Counted from the whole stretch's first letter, positions 1-12,446 are shown. The stretch is 63,443 nt of DNA, filler included, from Octopus bimaculoides (GCF_001194135.2; 4 parts of 4 records of this genome joined end to end with filler, not necessarily neighbours in it), one strand, 5' to 3'. Numbers and translations are program-made. Notes: generated from the sequence alone by a model not told the origin.

Positions 1-32
<32 letters not shown>

Positions 33-571
33 CAAATAATATATGAGTATATGCATATACACGTACATGCATATACATACCTGCATCTACATGTATAAAT
101 AAATACATATCTGGGTACAGGACGTTGCAAAAAACGTGGACAAAATGATAAACGGAGTACAGAAAACATGACAGGAAAACGAAAAGTGACCAAGAAAAGC
201 TATATGGCCAGATGTGAAAAAAATATGTGTATACTGAACGCTGTAAAGCAACGGACTGGAAGGAAGAGAGACGAAGAATGTTCGTGCGAGCTTGGTGATA
301 GCCAAGATATGAAAGGAAGAGAAGTAGCCGGACACGTGACCAGCGAAGCGTAAGGACAAAGAGTGGTGGAGGGAGAAAAAGGGAGGAAGTAGTGCATAGG
401 TGAGAAATGAGAGACAAGGAGGAAGAGAGATATAGTAGTGAAGGGGAGAGGCGAAGAACAACAGAAGGAAGAACGAGAGGGGGAGAAAGATACAAAGATA
501 GATAGAATCGCGTCAGAAATATAAAGTTAAGAATTACTTGCAAGGATAACGCATGCGTTCGATCAATATAT

Positions 572-785
572 ATACTCTTTACTCTTTTACTTGTTTCAGT
601 CATTTAACTGCGGCCATGCTGGAGCACTGCCATTAGTCGAGCAAATCGAACCCAGGACTTATTCTTTGGAAGCCTGGTACTTATTCTATCGGCCTTTTTT
701 GCCGAACCGCTAAGTTATGGTGACGTAAACACACCACCATCGGTTGTCAAGCGATGGTGGGAGGACAAACACAGACACATACACA

Positions 786-851
<66 letters not shown>

Positions 852-1122
852 NNNNNNNNNNNNNNNNNNNNNNNNNNNNNNNNNNNNNNNNNNNNNNNNN
901 NNNNNNNNNNNNNNNNNNNNNNNNNNNNNNNNNNNNNNNNNNNNNNNNNNNNNNNNNNNNNNNNNNNNNNNNNNNNNNNNNNNNNNNNNNNNNNNNNNNN
1001 NNNNNNNNNNNNNNNNNNNNNNNNNNNNNNNNNNNNNNNNNNNNNNNNNNNNNNNNNNNNNNNNNNNNNNNNNTTTCAGTTTCCGTCTACCAAATCCACT
1101 CACAAGGCTTTGGTCGGCCCGA
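572..1122 (-). mobile_element. SINE family A: 3' tail + internal (TG)n(TA)n tract + partial body, tRNA head missing
   Basis: Reverse complement matches the tail of the full copy at 47606-48067 (gtgctccagcatggcc..cagt.aaatgactgaaacaagtaaaaga) and, after the gap, its body (gccgaccaaagccttgtgagtggatttggtagacggaaactgaaa). Confidence 0.85.
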
Positions 1123-1474
1123 CGATAAATATATACTCATGTATATATATATATATATACATACACACCAACCCCCTCCCTTCCCAATTCTATGGCCTGG
1201 GCCTTCAAGCAGGTTATCCACATGCTAGAAATAGCAGCCACATCTCACGAAACTGCAATAACATAACGAAAACTTTTTAGATAGTTTTTTTTTGGGTTTC
1301 CGTCTTAATGACCGGGCACTCCCGTGATCCTTTTACTGTTTCACTATAATGCATGCAGAAACAGACAAAACAACTGTTAATTTTCCTTTTTAGACACCGG
1401 GATGGCGGGAATAGGGGAATTTTGGGTCGGAGTTTACTTTAAGTTTAACCGTGGTTCTCTAATACATGTGATAT

Positions 1475-1513
<39 letters not shown>

Positions 1514-1738
1514 CATTTATATATACGGAGAGAGTTGAAAAATGTGTGTGACAATCTATTTAAAAAATGTTTCGTTTTAAATAGTTGCTAACTTTCTTTA
1601 AATATGTTGTTAATCATTCTTTAAATATTGTGTCTTCAAGTATTTTTTGCACAGTTAATATATATAATTTTCCGAAATCCGAGAAAAACATTTCTGCAAT
1701 TTTATGCTGAATGACCAGGATTTGTTTATTGTAATCAA

Positions 1739-1887
1739 ATGTTTGTGCTGTACATTGGCTTACCCCCTCCATCAAACAGACGGGGCACGAGCAGGTGCAC
1801 GGTGTGCCACGCGTTATATGTCGAAGTGATCAGAATATAACGTGAGATGAAGTGTTTTGCTGAAGAACACAACGCACCAACGCGATT
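1739..1887 (-). mobile_element. SINE family B fragment (body/tail)
   Basis: Reverse complement gcgttgtgttcttcagcaaaacacttcat...cacttcgac...atgtacagcacaaac aligns by eye with the 54095-54306 and 48279-48530 copies. Confidence 0.65.
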
Positions 1888-2505
1888 ATGAATGCAACAC
1901 TCTATCCCTTATGCTATGCGACTTCATCCTACATTTATAAATGTGCGTGTGTTCTAAACCATAGAAATCTATCTCGTCGGCATGAGGGTCTATTCAGTAT
2001 TTCTTGCAATGATATGATTATTCATAATAATAATAACTTAAAGCGGCAGCGATTATTAAGAGACTCTGACAAATCACCTCTCTTTTTAGACATTATAACA
2101 GTAAACAAGCAGGAAAATTAAACTGTTCAAGAAGATGTATTATTAATGCATATGCCACAGTAAGACAAAAACCTAATCTTATCTGTCACAAATCGCTGAA
2201 GTACTTACAGAAATTGCAGTGTATTTTGACTTTAATCAAGACCGGTATCTTTCTCCAAAACGGGTAGAAAAATTTCTCAATGGATTATATGAAAAAGTTG
2301 AAGAGCTTTTGGGATCTAAAATAACCAGACTATTCGCATTTCAATACAATGATATTGTATCAGCAAGATACGTTTCTAGAGATGAAATATGCTGCTTTAG
2401 CGATCAAAATCAACCATCAAAAACACGCAGCAAATAACAGTATGAACAGCTCAATAGATTCTGCCTTTGAGAAAATAACTAAACATATGAACCACGATCG
2501 AAAGC

Positions 2506-2820
2506 AAAATGCTTGCAAGAACAAAGTGATAAAAATGCCGCCAATACAAGGACACGCTTACGAACAAACAGAAATGCGCAAATACAAAAATAGTACAAAA
2601 CACGACGTTCAACAAAATTTAAGGACTCTGTTCTTTACATTAACAAGCCAGTAGATGAAAAATGCTTATGACAAAGTGATAAGAATGCCGCCAATACAAG
2701 GACACGCTTACGAACAAACAGAAATGCGCAAATACAAAAATAGCACAAAACACGACGTGCAACAAAATTTAAGGTCTCTCTTCTGTACATTAACAAGTCA
2801 GTAGATGAAAAATGTTTATA
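2506..2820. repeat. Tandem duplication, 150-bp unit, about 2 copies
   Basis: acaaagtgataa.aatgccgccaatacaaggacacgcttacgaacaaacag... starts at both 2521 and 2671, with only scattered substitutions. Confidence 0.95.
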
Positions 2821-3020
2821 ACACAGTTCAATAGAAAACCTAGTGACGAGATGCTACCTATGATCGACCAAATCTGAAAGAACACTAAATACAAATTAAC
2901 GCTCCCAAACATCTGGATTAAAAGGAAATAATAACTCACATTCAAATGTATTACTACTTTTATACCAAAAAGTGTTCGGACAAGAAGATGCTATGATTAG
3001 ATGTAAAGTGAATAGTGGTT

Positions 3021-3167
3021 CAGGCGTGGCTACGTGGTAAGAAGTTTACTTCCAAAATCAGAATTCAGCCTCACTGCGTGAAACTTGGGCTAATTTTTTC
3101 TACAATATCCTCGTGCCAACCAAAGCTTTCTGAGTGTGTTAGATTGGCTGAAATTGAAATAAGCGCT

Positions 3168-3170
<3 letters not shown>
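3021..3170 (+). mobile_element. Diverged SINE family A head followed by (CA)n (3171-3288)
   Basis: caggcgtggctacgtggtaagaag (A-box-like)...aattcagcctcactgcgtg...ccaaagcttt; a degenerate version of the 63225 head. Confidence 0.7.
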
Positions 3171-3249
<79 letters not shown>

Positions 3250-3865
3250 ACACACACACACACGTACACACACAGACACACACACATACTATGAGAATAT
3301 TTCCTGAGGAGTTTTCATCAATTTCTCATCCTTGGGATTACGGCCGTTTCACAGATTTCTTAATGTATTAAATACGTCCAGCGCATAATAAATTATGTTT
3401 ACATGTCTGAACGAACATATGCTACCAATCCTACAATACAATAATATACTTATAAATCAATGCAGACAAAGGAAGCTACCTTGTCAGATCACATGAACGT
3501 CATAGCTAGTCCTATGCATCACTCCATGTATACATACAAAATCATCTCTTTATATACACAGTGTATGGAAGACAGAGAGTAGATAAAATTAGCTTCGTAT
3601 ACTCAGTAAAAATAAACTAAGGTTGTTTCAAGTATTTGACCATCCTTGATGTTAACAAAAATTTTGAGGGTATTGGGGGAGGAAGTAAAATAGTTATACT
3701 AAATATGAGAAAATATGATTTTAAAATGCATATGAATGTATATAAAAGAGATACTATAGAAGAACAGTAATTTACGAATAGGTTTAAATGTTCAAAACAC
3801 CGCACGTAAAAGTTCATGGACCTAAATTTTTATCACGTTTTCTAAATACACTTGAAAATATTACC

Positions 3866-5424
3866 GCCTCCTCCCCTCCGACCCTACCCCCCTCCTATCA
3901 ACGGCTTGTGTCCTCCACAATCCATGACCTCATCTCCTCCTCTGCTCTCCCCGCTACCGCCAACAACCTCATCGTCCGCACATCCCGCACCTCCTCCATC
4001 TACTTCCTTCCCAAGATCCACAAACCTAACAACCCTGGCCGCCCCATTGTCTCTGCTTGCAATTGCCCCACCGAACTCATTTCAAAATACCTCGACCATA
4101 TCCTATCCCCGTTAGTTGCTGCCCTCCCATCCCACATACACGACACCAACCACGCCCTCGCCTCTTCAATTCCTTTTCTTTCCCTCCCGGCCCCTCACNN
4201 NNNNNNNNNCTCTACACCCTGGACATCAAATCCCTATACACCGTGATTCCACACAACGATGGTCTCTCATCCCTCCAATACTTCCTTGACCGCCGCCCTG
4301 ACCCCACACCTAGCACCCCTACCCTGCTTCGTCTGGCAGAACTCGTCCGCACCCTCAACTGCTTCACGTTCACCTGAGATACCTACCAACATTTCTCTGG
4401 GGTCGCGATGGGAACGAGAATGGGGCCCAATTACGCCAACCTCTTTGTTGGTTACATTGAGGCCCAAGTATTCTCCCAATTCTCCGGTCCGACCCCGGAA
4501 CTATACGGTCGCTACATAGATGACTGTATAGGAGCCACCTCCCTCTCCCACGAACAGCTCTGCCTTTTCATCTCCTTCCTCTCTAACTTCCACCCTGCTC
4601 TTGACTTTACTTCTACCATCACTGACACATCTGTTAACTTCCTCGACATCTCTCTTTCCATCAACCCCCCCTCCAACTCTCTAACTACCTCCGCCTTCTT
4701 CAAACCCACTGACTCCCACCTCTACCTCAACTTCTCCTCCTCCCATCCATTCCACACCAAACGAGCCATCCCCTACTCCCAGTTCCTCCGCCTCCGACGT
4801 TTGTGCAGCCTGGACCAGGATTTCGAGACCCAGTCCCAGTATCTTGCTCATCTGTTCATGCATCGAGGATACCCCTCCCACCTTGTCCAATCCGCCCTCG
4901 CCCGCGCTCGTCGAATCGNNNNNNNNNNNNNNNNNNNNNNNNNNNNNNNNNNNNNNNNNNNNNNNNNNNNNNNNNNNNNNNNNNNNNNNNNNNNNNNNNN
5001 NNNNNNNNNNNNNNNNNNNNNNNNNNNNNNNNNNNNNNNNNNNNNNNNNNNNNNNNNNNNNNNNNNNNNNNNNNNNNNNNNNNNNNNNNNNNNNNNNNNN
5101 NNNNNNNNNNNNNNNNNNNNNNNNNNNNNNNNNNNNNNNNNNNNNNNNNNNNNNNNNNNNNNNNNNNNNNNNNNNNNNNNNNNNNNNNNNNNNNNNNNNN
5201 NNNNNNNNNNNNNNNNNNNNNNNNNNNNNNNNNNNNNNNNNNNNNNNNNNNNNNNNNNNNNNNNNNNNNNNNNNNNACCCCTTCGTCGGAGGATCCTACG
5301 GGCCTTCCGTCGCCTCCAGCTGGATCCCACTACCCACCCAATTTTCCCCAACCCACCCCTATCCGCTTTCAAACGCGCCCGCAACCTACGCGATCTACTG
5401 GTCCGCAGTACCTTCTCCTCTTCA
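3866..5424 (+). mobile_element. Penelope-like retroelement reverse transcriptase, pseudogenised, truncated at both ends
   Basis: Motifs FLPKIHKPNNPGRPIVS, LDIKSLYT, GVAMGTRMGPNYANLF, YGRYIDD, FKPTDSHLYLNFSSSHP, RGYP and FKRARNLRDLLVRS are typical of PLE RT/thumb. One frameshift near 4160, in-frame TGA at 4375-4377, two N-gaps. No GIY-YIG domain follows. Confidence 0.92.
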
Positions 5425-6019
5425 CGCAAACATACACACACATCACGCAAACATACACACACACACACCCAAGCATACACACCCTTGCACACATAACCCA
5501 CATATACCCCCATTCACACATACCTCACATACCTCCCATATACCTACATACACATCTCCCACACACCTTACATATATACCGCCCACATACATGACACACA
5601 TACATGCGCACCCTCACACACACATATCGACGAACGCACATATATACACACACACACCCATATATACGCGCACGCCTACATACACAGACGCATACACATG
5701 CACACACATACACACAGGAGTGCACACACAAAATAACACATATACGTGGCACACATACGCACGCACACACATAAACACACACATACACACCTCTCAAATG
5801 CATAAAACCACACACACACATACACATACACAACACACATACACATATACACACATGCACACATACATATATACATATATGCACACACGCACACACACCT
5901 CTCACATACACAATACTCACTCACATACATAACACACACGCACGCACGAAAACATACACAATATACACATACACGCACGCACAAAAAATATACACACACG
6001 CGCACACGGAAACACACAT
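5425..6019. repeat. Degenerate CA/TA-rich low-complexity tract
   Basis: Cryptic (CA)n with interruptions; source of the H/T-rich and C/V-rich spurious ORFs. Confidence 0.9.
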
Positions 6020-6959
6020 NNNNNNNNNNNNNNNNNNNNNNNNNNNNNNNNNNNNNNNNNNNNNNNNNNNNNNNNNNNNNNNNNNNNNNNNNNNNNNNNN
6101 NNNNNNNNNNNNNNNNNNNNNNNNNNNNNNNNNNNNNNNNNNNNNNNNNNNNNNNNNNNNNNNNNNNNNNNNNNNNNNNNNNNNNNNNNNNNNNNNNNNN
6201 NNNNNNNNNNNNNNNNNNNNNNNNNNNNNNNNNNNNNNNNNNNNNNNNNNNNNNNNNNNNNNNNNNNNNNNNNNNNNNNNNNNNNNNNNNNNNNNNNNNN
6301 NNNNNNNNNNNNNNNNNNNNNNNNNNNNNNNNNNNNNNNNNNNNNNNNNNNNNNNNNNNNNNNNNNNNNNNNNNNNNNNNNNNNNNNNNNNNNNNNNNNN
6401 NNNNNNNNNNNNNNNNNNNNNNNNNNNNNNNNNNNNNNNNNNNNNNNNNNNNNNNNNNNNNNNNNNNNNNNNNNNNNNNNNNNNNNNNNNNNNNNNNNNN
6501 NNNNNNNNNNNNNNNNNNNNNNNNNNNNNNNNNNNNNNNNNNNNNNNNNNNNNNNNNNNNNNNNNNNNNNNNNNNNNNNNNNNNNNNNNNNNNNNNNNNN
6601 NNNNNNNNNNNNNNNNNNNNNNNNNNNNNNNNNNNNNNNNNNNNNNNNNNNNNNNNNNNNNNNNNNNNNNNNNNNNNNNNNNNNNNNNNNNNNNNNNNNN
6701 NNNNNNNNNNNNNNNNNNNNNNNNNNNNNNNNNNNNNNNNNNNNNNNNNNNNNNNNNNNNNNNNNNNNNNNNNNNNNNNNNNNNNNNNNNNNNNNNNNNN
6801 NNNNNNNNNNNNNNNNNNNNNNNNNNNNNNNNNNNNNNNNNNNNNNNNNNNNNNNNTGTGTATGTTTTCGTGCGTGCGTGTGTGTTATGTATGTGAGTGA
6901 GTATTGTGTATGTGAGAGGTGTGTGTGCGTGTGTGCATATATGTATATATGTATGTATG

Positions 6960-7153
6960 TAATTTATATAAAGGGCATTAACATATTTACCGAAAGCGAG
7001 GGAATGCAGCTTATGTTTTTAAGAGATTAATTTTGAAAGCTGCATTCCCTCGCTTTCGGTAAATATGTTGCTTATTTTTTGGTAGTTTTTGACTTATTTA
7101 GTCCCTCGAAGCATGAGGCATTACTACACAGTTAATGCCCTTTATATAAATTA
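6960..7153. mobile_element. MITE-like element, 23-bp terminal inverted repeats, internal 33-bp perfect hairpin
   Basis: taatttatataaagggcattaac (6960-6982) is the reverse complement of 7131-7153. 6980-7012 is the perfect reverse complement of 7037-7069. TA at both ends; no ORF. Confidence 0.75.
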
Positions 7154-7276
7154 TATATATTTATGGAAAAAAATGATGAATTTTTTTTCATTATGAGGTT
7201 TTTTTCACGCTGACTACTTGATAAATTCTTATAAAGATTTTATCCTATATTATATTATATATGTATTTATGTATGT

Positions 7277-7436
7277 ACGACGAGCGTCTAACATTTTCCG
7301 TCTACCAAACCTACTCACAAGGCTTTGGTCGCCCCGAGCCTATAGTAGAAAACCTTTGCCTAAGATGCCACGCAATGGGGCCGCATCCGGAACCATGTGG
7401 TTGTGAAGCAAGCCCCTTACCGTACAGCTACGCCTG
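7277..7436 (-). mobile_element. SINE family A head/body
   Basis: Reverse complement gives caggcgtagctgtacggtaagg...cacatggttccggatgc...gcgtggcatcttaggcaaag...ccaaagccttgtgagtaggtttggtagacgg. Confidence 0.85.
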
Positions 7437-8072
7437 CGCCAATGCTGCAATTGCATCAAATACCCTATAACATAAATTCTTAATTTGCTAAAATGACATC
7501 CTCACGCCATAGGATGTATCAAACATGCGATTATCAAGCGGTAGTTATGATCAACTCCACTTGAGTATTGTAGATAATCTCAAAGATCCTGAATTTTTCA
7601 AAACTGATATTCCACTGAAGAAATTGACAGAAATATCAAGATATAAAGAGATAGACGTGAACGGCTATTGAGCCAGAAACACGTGTATTCGATAACTATA
7701 TTTGGTGTGTTGTTTATTTAAAGGCCACTAGCCGCTTAAAGTTATTTCTCTTAATTCAGTTTTGCTTACCATATACAAATTACCCACATTATTTTTAGTC
7801 CTTCAGCAACTGGAGATAAGGTTGATCAACTGTCGTGTTGATAACGGATTTTGGGTCAGAAACACGTGTCCACAAATCTTATCTTCTGACAATAAGCCTA
7901 TCATTTTCATTAACGCCATGTCACTTTTGGAGAATTTCTTGATTTATTTAGATTGTCTTGCCCTTTGAAAGGTAACACTTTCAGTTGACACCTCGCAATT
8001 ATTATACATTCACTAGAGGAGGAGGTAATTATAATAAATGATGAATGCGTTACATGATATCTGTTATAAGTG

Positions 8073-8122
<50 letters not shown>

Positions 8123-8235
8123 TGATTGTGTCTATGCATAAATGAATGCATATGTGTGTGCGCATGTATATATATTTACATAAATATAAATGGATAGATA
8201 CAAAGATAGAGATAGAGTGTGAGAGAGAGATACAC

Positions 8236-8276
<41 letters not shown>

Positions 8277-8286
8277 NNNNNNNNNN

Positions 8287-8327
<41 letters not shown>

Positions 8328-8654
8328 ATACGTACGTATACACATGTAAATGGGCTGTGGTTGTGTTTTGTGTTTCTTTGGCGGGGTGTACATTTGAGCA
8401 AAGTCACGGTCATATACGTATATAAATTGATTCATTTACTTGTATTACATTATGAAATGTATCCTTGAAATTCAGACCACCTCTGCTGGCCTATTACAAA
8501 AATATCGGGTGTATATTTCAGAGAGAGACATATGAAACCAAGCAGGTAGATATATGTGTTCTGCTGATAAACACAGCGAAACACCAGCAATGAAATGGAA
8601 GTCATGAGATACTAGTCTAATATTTTATGAAGGTCGTAATTTTCCGTGTGTATG

Positions 8655-8777
8655 CTTCTTCTTCTTCTTCTTCTTCTTCTTCTTCTTCTTCTTCTTCTTC
8701 TTCTTCTTCTTCTTCTTCTTCTTCTTCTTCTTCTTCTTCTTCTTCTTCTCATTATTATTATTATTATTATTATTATG

Positions 8778-8828
<51 letters not shown>

Positions 8829-8853
8829 GTTGTTGTTGTTGCTGTTGTTGTTG

Positions 8854-8886
<33 letters not shown>
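8655..8886. repeat. Compound trinucleotide microsatellite (CTT)n-(ATT)n-(GTT)n-(ATT)n
   Basis: Directly visible. Confidence 0.97.
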
Positions 8887-9076
8887 GTTTCCGATAAAAT
8901 TGTATTTTATTTCATCTTCTGACCGGGTCTGGAGCAAAGATTTAAGGTACATACATATCAGATGGAGAGGAACTTCCTCAGAATGTGGGTGGTTGGTGTC
9001 AACACAGTTCTTGTGTCTCATAGATCATTGGCTTCCCAGGTTCTAGTCAAAAAATGTGTCAGTAACTTTCTTGACC

Positions 9077-9251
9077 AGGCGTCGAGCTGAGGGCATCGTT
9101 AGCACGCCGGAAGAAATGCATAACGGTTTTTCACCTGTCGCTGCTTCCTGAGTTCAAATTCCGCCGAGGTCGACTTTGCCTTTCATCCTTTCGGGGTAAA
9201 TAAAATAAGTAGCAGCTGAACACTGGGGTCGATGTAATCGATTCATCCCAT
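9077..9251 (+). mobile_element. SINE family C (tRNA-like head)
   Basis: gagttcaaattccgccgaggtcgactttgcctttcatcctttcgggg (B-box + body) is shared with the 21254 and 45111 copies. Confidence 0.85.
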
Positions 9252-9612
9252 CCTATCTCTGATCACCAGCAGAAGTAATAGGGGAGCGTCATAGCTATAT
9301 GTTGAAAGGAATTCTTTCGGATTTGGATAATTCATATTTGGAAATATGGGTGTTTCGTTCAACATCCTTAAACAACCCTTATTCAGGGACCTTTTCAAGG
9401 GGATGGGCTACTCGATGGGCAGATAATTCTATCTGCCCTCCTCCCCCCAGAAACGTCATTTTCTTTTTATTTTCATATGAGATCATCATTTTGTGCACAT
9501 ATGGTTTCGATGCATTTGTCTGGTGTACCCATATCAGTAGTCATGATGAGTGTAGAGGGATTCGTATATTCTAACCCAGTACCCCGTTGATGGCATACAA
9601 TGCTCTCTCACT
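9252..9612 (+). mobile_element. Interspersed repeat family D, 3' portion ending in (AAT)n
   Basis: Aligns by eye with the reverse complement of 54608-54996 (tctctgatca...aacatccttaaacaacccttattcagggacctttt...ctggtgtaccc...tgctctctca) and with 42840-43170. Confidence 0.8.
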
Positions 9613-9613
9613 C

Positions 9614-9670
<57 letters not shown>

Positions 9671-9676
9671 TATAAT

Positions 9677-9735
<59 letters not shown>

Positions 9736-9891
9736 AAATAATAATAATAATAATGTATATCATTATTATTATTATTTTATGTATGACTTTTGTTTTGCAT
9801 TTGTACAAGTTGGATCCAAGTCTCATCCAGAGACCTCAAGTGACAAGTTAGAAGTTCTATTATTATTACTATTATTATTATTATTATTATA

Positions 9892-9938
<47 letters not shown>

Positions 9939-10030
9939 CATCATCATCATCATTATTATCATCATCATCATTATCATCATCATCATCATCATAATCATCA
10001 TCATCATCATCATCATTATTATTACTATTA
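9613..10030. repeat. (AAT)n / (ATT)n / (ATC)n arrays interrupted by a LINE 3' end
   Basis: Directly visible. Confidence 0.95.
9774..9858 (-). mobile_element. 3' UTR remnant of an R4/Dong-like LINE
   Basis: Reverse complement ggtctctggatgagacttgga...tgtacaaatgcaaaacaaaagt resembles the 3' end of the RLE LINE at 61546-61600 (ggacgctgggtgtgccttgga...tgtaacaaagatgcagattaaaagt). Both run into (AAT)n. Confidence 0.55.
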
Positions 10031-10181
10031 TATATGCTAGATTGCAATCTTATTCACACATACAGATACACATACATGCACCTACACTCACACGCATACA
10101 CATATTTACACCCATATATACCCATATACATAAACATACACACGCGTAAATTTATATATACATTGATACATATCTACTTCT

Positions 10182-10226
<45 letters not shown>

Positions 10227-10327
10227 CCTGTGTATGTATATCTATGCTTGTATATATGTGTGAGTTATATGTGTATGAGCATTTATTAAATATGCAGCTG
10301 TATGTAAATGTGTGTGTGTGTATCTAT

Positions 10328-10394
<67 letters not shown>

Positions 10395-10429
10395 GACCGA
10401 CATACGGACAAAAGAGAAACCCAGAAAGG

Positions 10430-10531
10430 AAGAGACAGAGTGAGAGAAACAGAGAAAGGAGAGAGAGAGAAAGAGAGAGAGACACAGGGAGAGATACAGA
10501 GAGAGAGAGAGAGACAGAGAGAGAGAGAGAC

Positions 10532-10566
<35 letters not shown>

Positions 10567-10575
10567 TAGAGAGAT
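10430..10575. repeat. Degenerate (AG)n microsatellite
   Basis: Directly visible; source of the ER-rich/SL-rich ORFs. Confidence 0.95.
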
Positions 10576-12256
10576 GGAAACGATGGGGTGTTAGATGGAA
10601 AGAAAGGAAAGCAAAGCAATAAACTTCTATAATTGATTGTGTCATATTAATGTATGTGGTATCACGTAATTGTTAGTTATTGAATATATATATATATATA
10701 NNNNNNNNNNNNNNNNNNNNNNNNNNNNNNNNNNNNNNNNNNNNNNNNNNNNNNNNNNNNNNNNNNNNNNNNNNNNNNNNNNNNNNNNNNNNNNNNNNNN
10801 NNNNNNNNNNNNNNNNNNNNNNNNNNNNNNNNNNNNNNNNNNNNNNNNNNNNNNNNNNNNNNNNNNNNNNNNNNNNNNNNNNNNNNNNNNNNNNNNNNNN
10901 NNNNNNNNNNNNNNNNNNNNNNNNNNNNNNNNNNNNNNNNNNNNNNNNNNNNNNNNNNNNNNNNNNNNNNNNNNNNNNNNNNNNNNNNNNNNNNNNNNNN
11001 NNNNNNNNNNNNNNNNNNNNNNNNNNNNNNNNNNNNNNNNNNNNNNNNNNNNNNNNNNNNNNNNNNNNNNNNNNNNNNNNNNNNNNNNNNNNNNNNNNNN
11101 NNNNNNNNNNNNNNNNNNNNNNNNNNNNNNNNNNNNNNNNNNNNNNNNNNNNNNNNNNNNNNNNNNNNNNNNNNNNNNNNNNNNNNNNNNNNNNNNNNNN
11201 NNNNNNNNNNNNNNNNNNNNNNNNNNNNNNNNNNNNNNNNNNNNNNNNNNNNNNNNNNNNNNNNNNNNNNNNNNNNNNNNNNNNNNNNNNNNNNNNNNNN
11301 NNNNNNNNNNNNNNNNNNNNNNNNNNNNNNNNNNNNNNNNNNNNNNNNNNNNNNNNNNNNNNNNNNNNNNNNNNNNNNNNNNNNNNNNNNNNNNNNNNNN
11401 NNNNNNNNCCGTGTCGATCTCAGGTCAAAGTGCCTGGTAGATTTTTATCAGTGACTTCAAGCTGTTAGGAATTTTTATTTATCTATTTATTTTTGGATGA
11501 AACAAAGTCGCTCGTTTCAAACGGAGACAGCCAAATGTCCATTTCGCGTCACGCAGTATAAATTTTCCATTAATGTAAAGTAGTAAAAAGTTGGGATTTA
11601 AAGAATATCAAATTCCACTGTATAATAAAAACAACAACAACAACAGCAGCATTAAAACAATAAAAATAAAAACAATAACCACAAAACTAAAATCAACGAC
11701 ATCAATATCAAAATCGTTACTGACAACAGTCTGGCAGCGTTTCCTCTTCAATATTGTGCCACACGGAAGGACTAAACCAAAACAAAAAATACATATTATT
11801 ATACAGTTTTATGGATACTATGGAATGCTGTGAGACCTTGAAAAGTAAATTAATAGCTTTTGAAGTTAAAAGTATTAGACATGCTTCTTGCATTGCATTA
11901 TACAACAACATTATACATGTACGTTTTACAATATTACTCAAAATTTTTGCAAAACGTTAGATTAATATGTAAAGAAAATACTACAAACTCACATGGTGTT
12001 CTCTCTTCGCAGATTAGTTTGTTTGCAACAAGAACGTCAACGACTGGCAATGGGATTCTTTTTCTGTAGTTATATTTGTGTTGTTCTCGTATTGATGTAG
12101 ATAGTACATGTAACAGTATTTTTAACGAACAATATAAGATAGTATTAATACACTTACAGTTATAAACTCTACACTATAATTCAAATACTCCTTATGTGTT
12201 TCTAGCAATTTATTAATTACCATTTCGCTTTTTCTATTGATATATTTTGTTTTCAT

Positions 12257-12446
12257 ATCGGTTTCAAATTTTGGCACAAGGCCAGCATCTTCGGGGAAGA
12301 GGTTGAGTTGATTAAATCGACACCAGTTCCCAATTGGTACATATTTTATCGACTTCGAAAGGATGGAAAACAAGGAAACCTCGGCGGAATTTTAACTTAG
12401 AACGTAGAGATAGACAAGGCGCTGCTAAGAATCTTGCCTGGCTTGC
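12257..12446 (-). mobile_element. Diverged SINE family C with alternative tail
   Basis: Reverse complement ...ttctaagttaaaattccgccgaggtttcc...catcctttcgaagtcgataaaa...tgctggccttgtgccaaaatttgaaaccgat. Confidence 0.7.

Noticed and set aside
2506-2820. Tandem repeats as a CRISPR-like array (also 20031-20220)
   Set aside because: Two contiguous units with no unique spacers, no cas genes, and a eukaryotic context.
3866-5424. Horizontal transfer or contamination to explain the C-rich PLE
   Set aside because: Compositional contrast alone is insufficient; strand-skewed PLEs are common and similar skewed tracts occur elsewhere in the window.
8627-10047. Poly-Ser/Leu/Ile/Asn/Tyr ORFs, HT/CV/YI-repeat ORFs throughout, and poly-E/R at 62033-62338
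   Set aside because: Translations of tri- and dinucleotide microsatellites.
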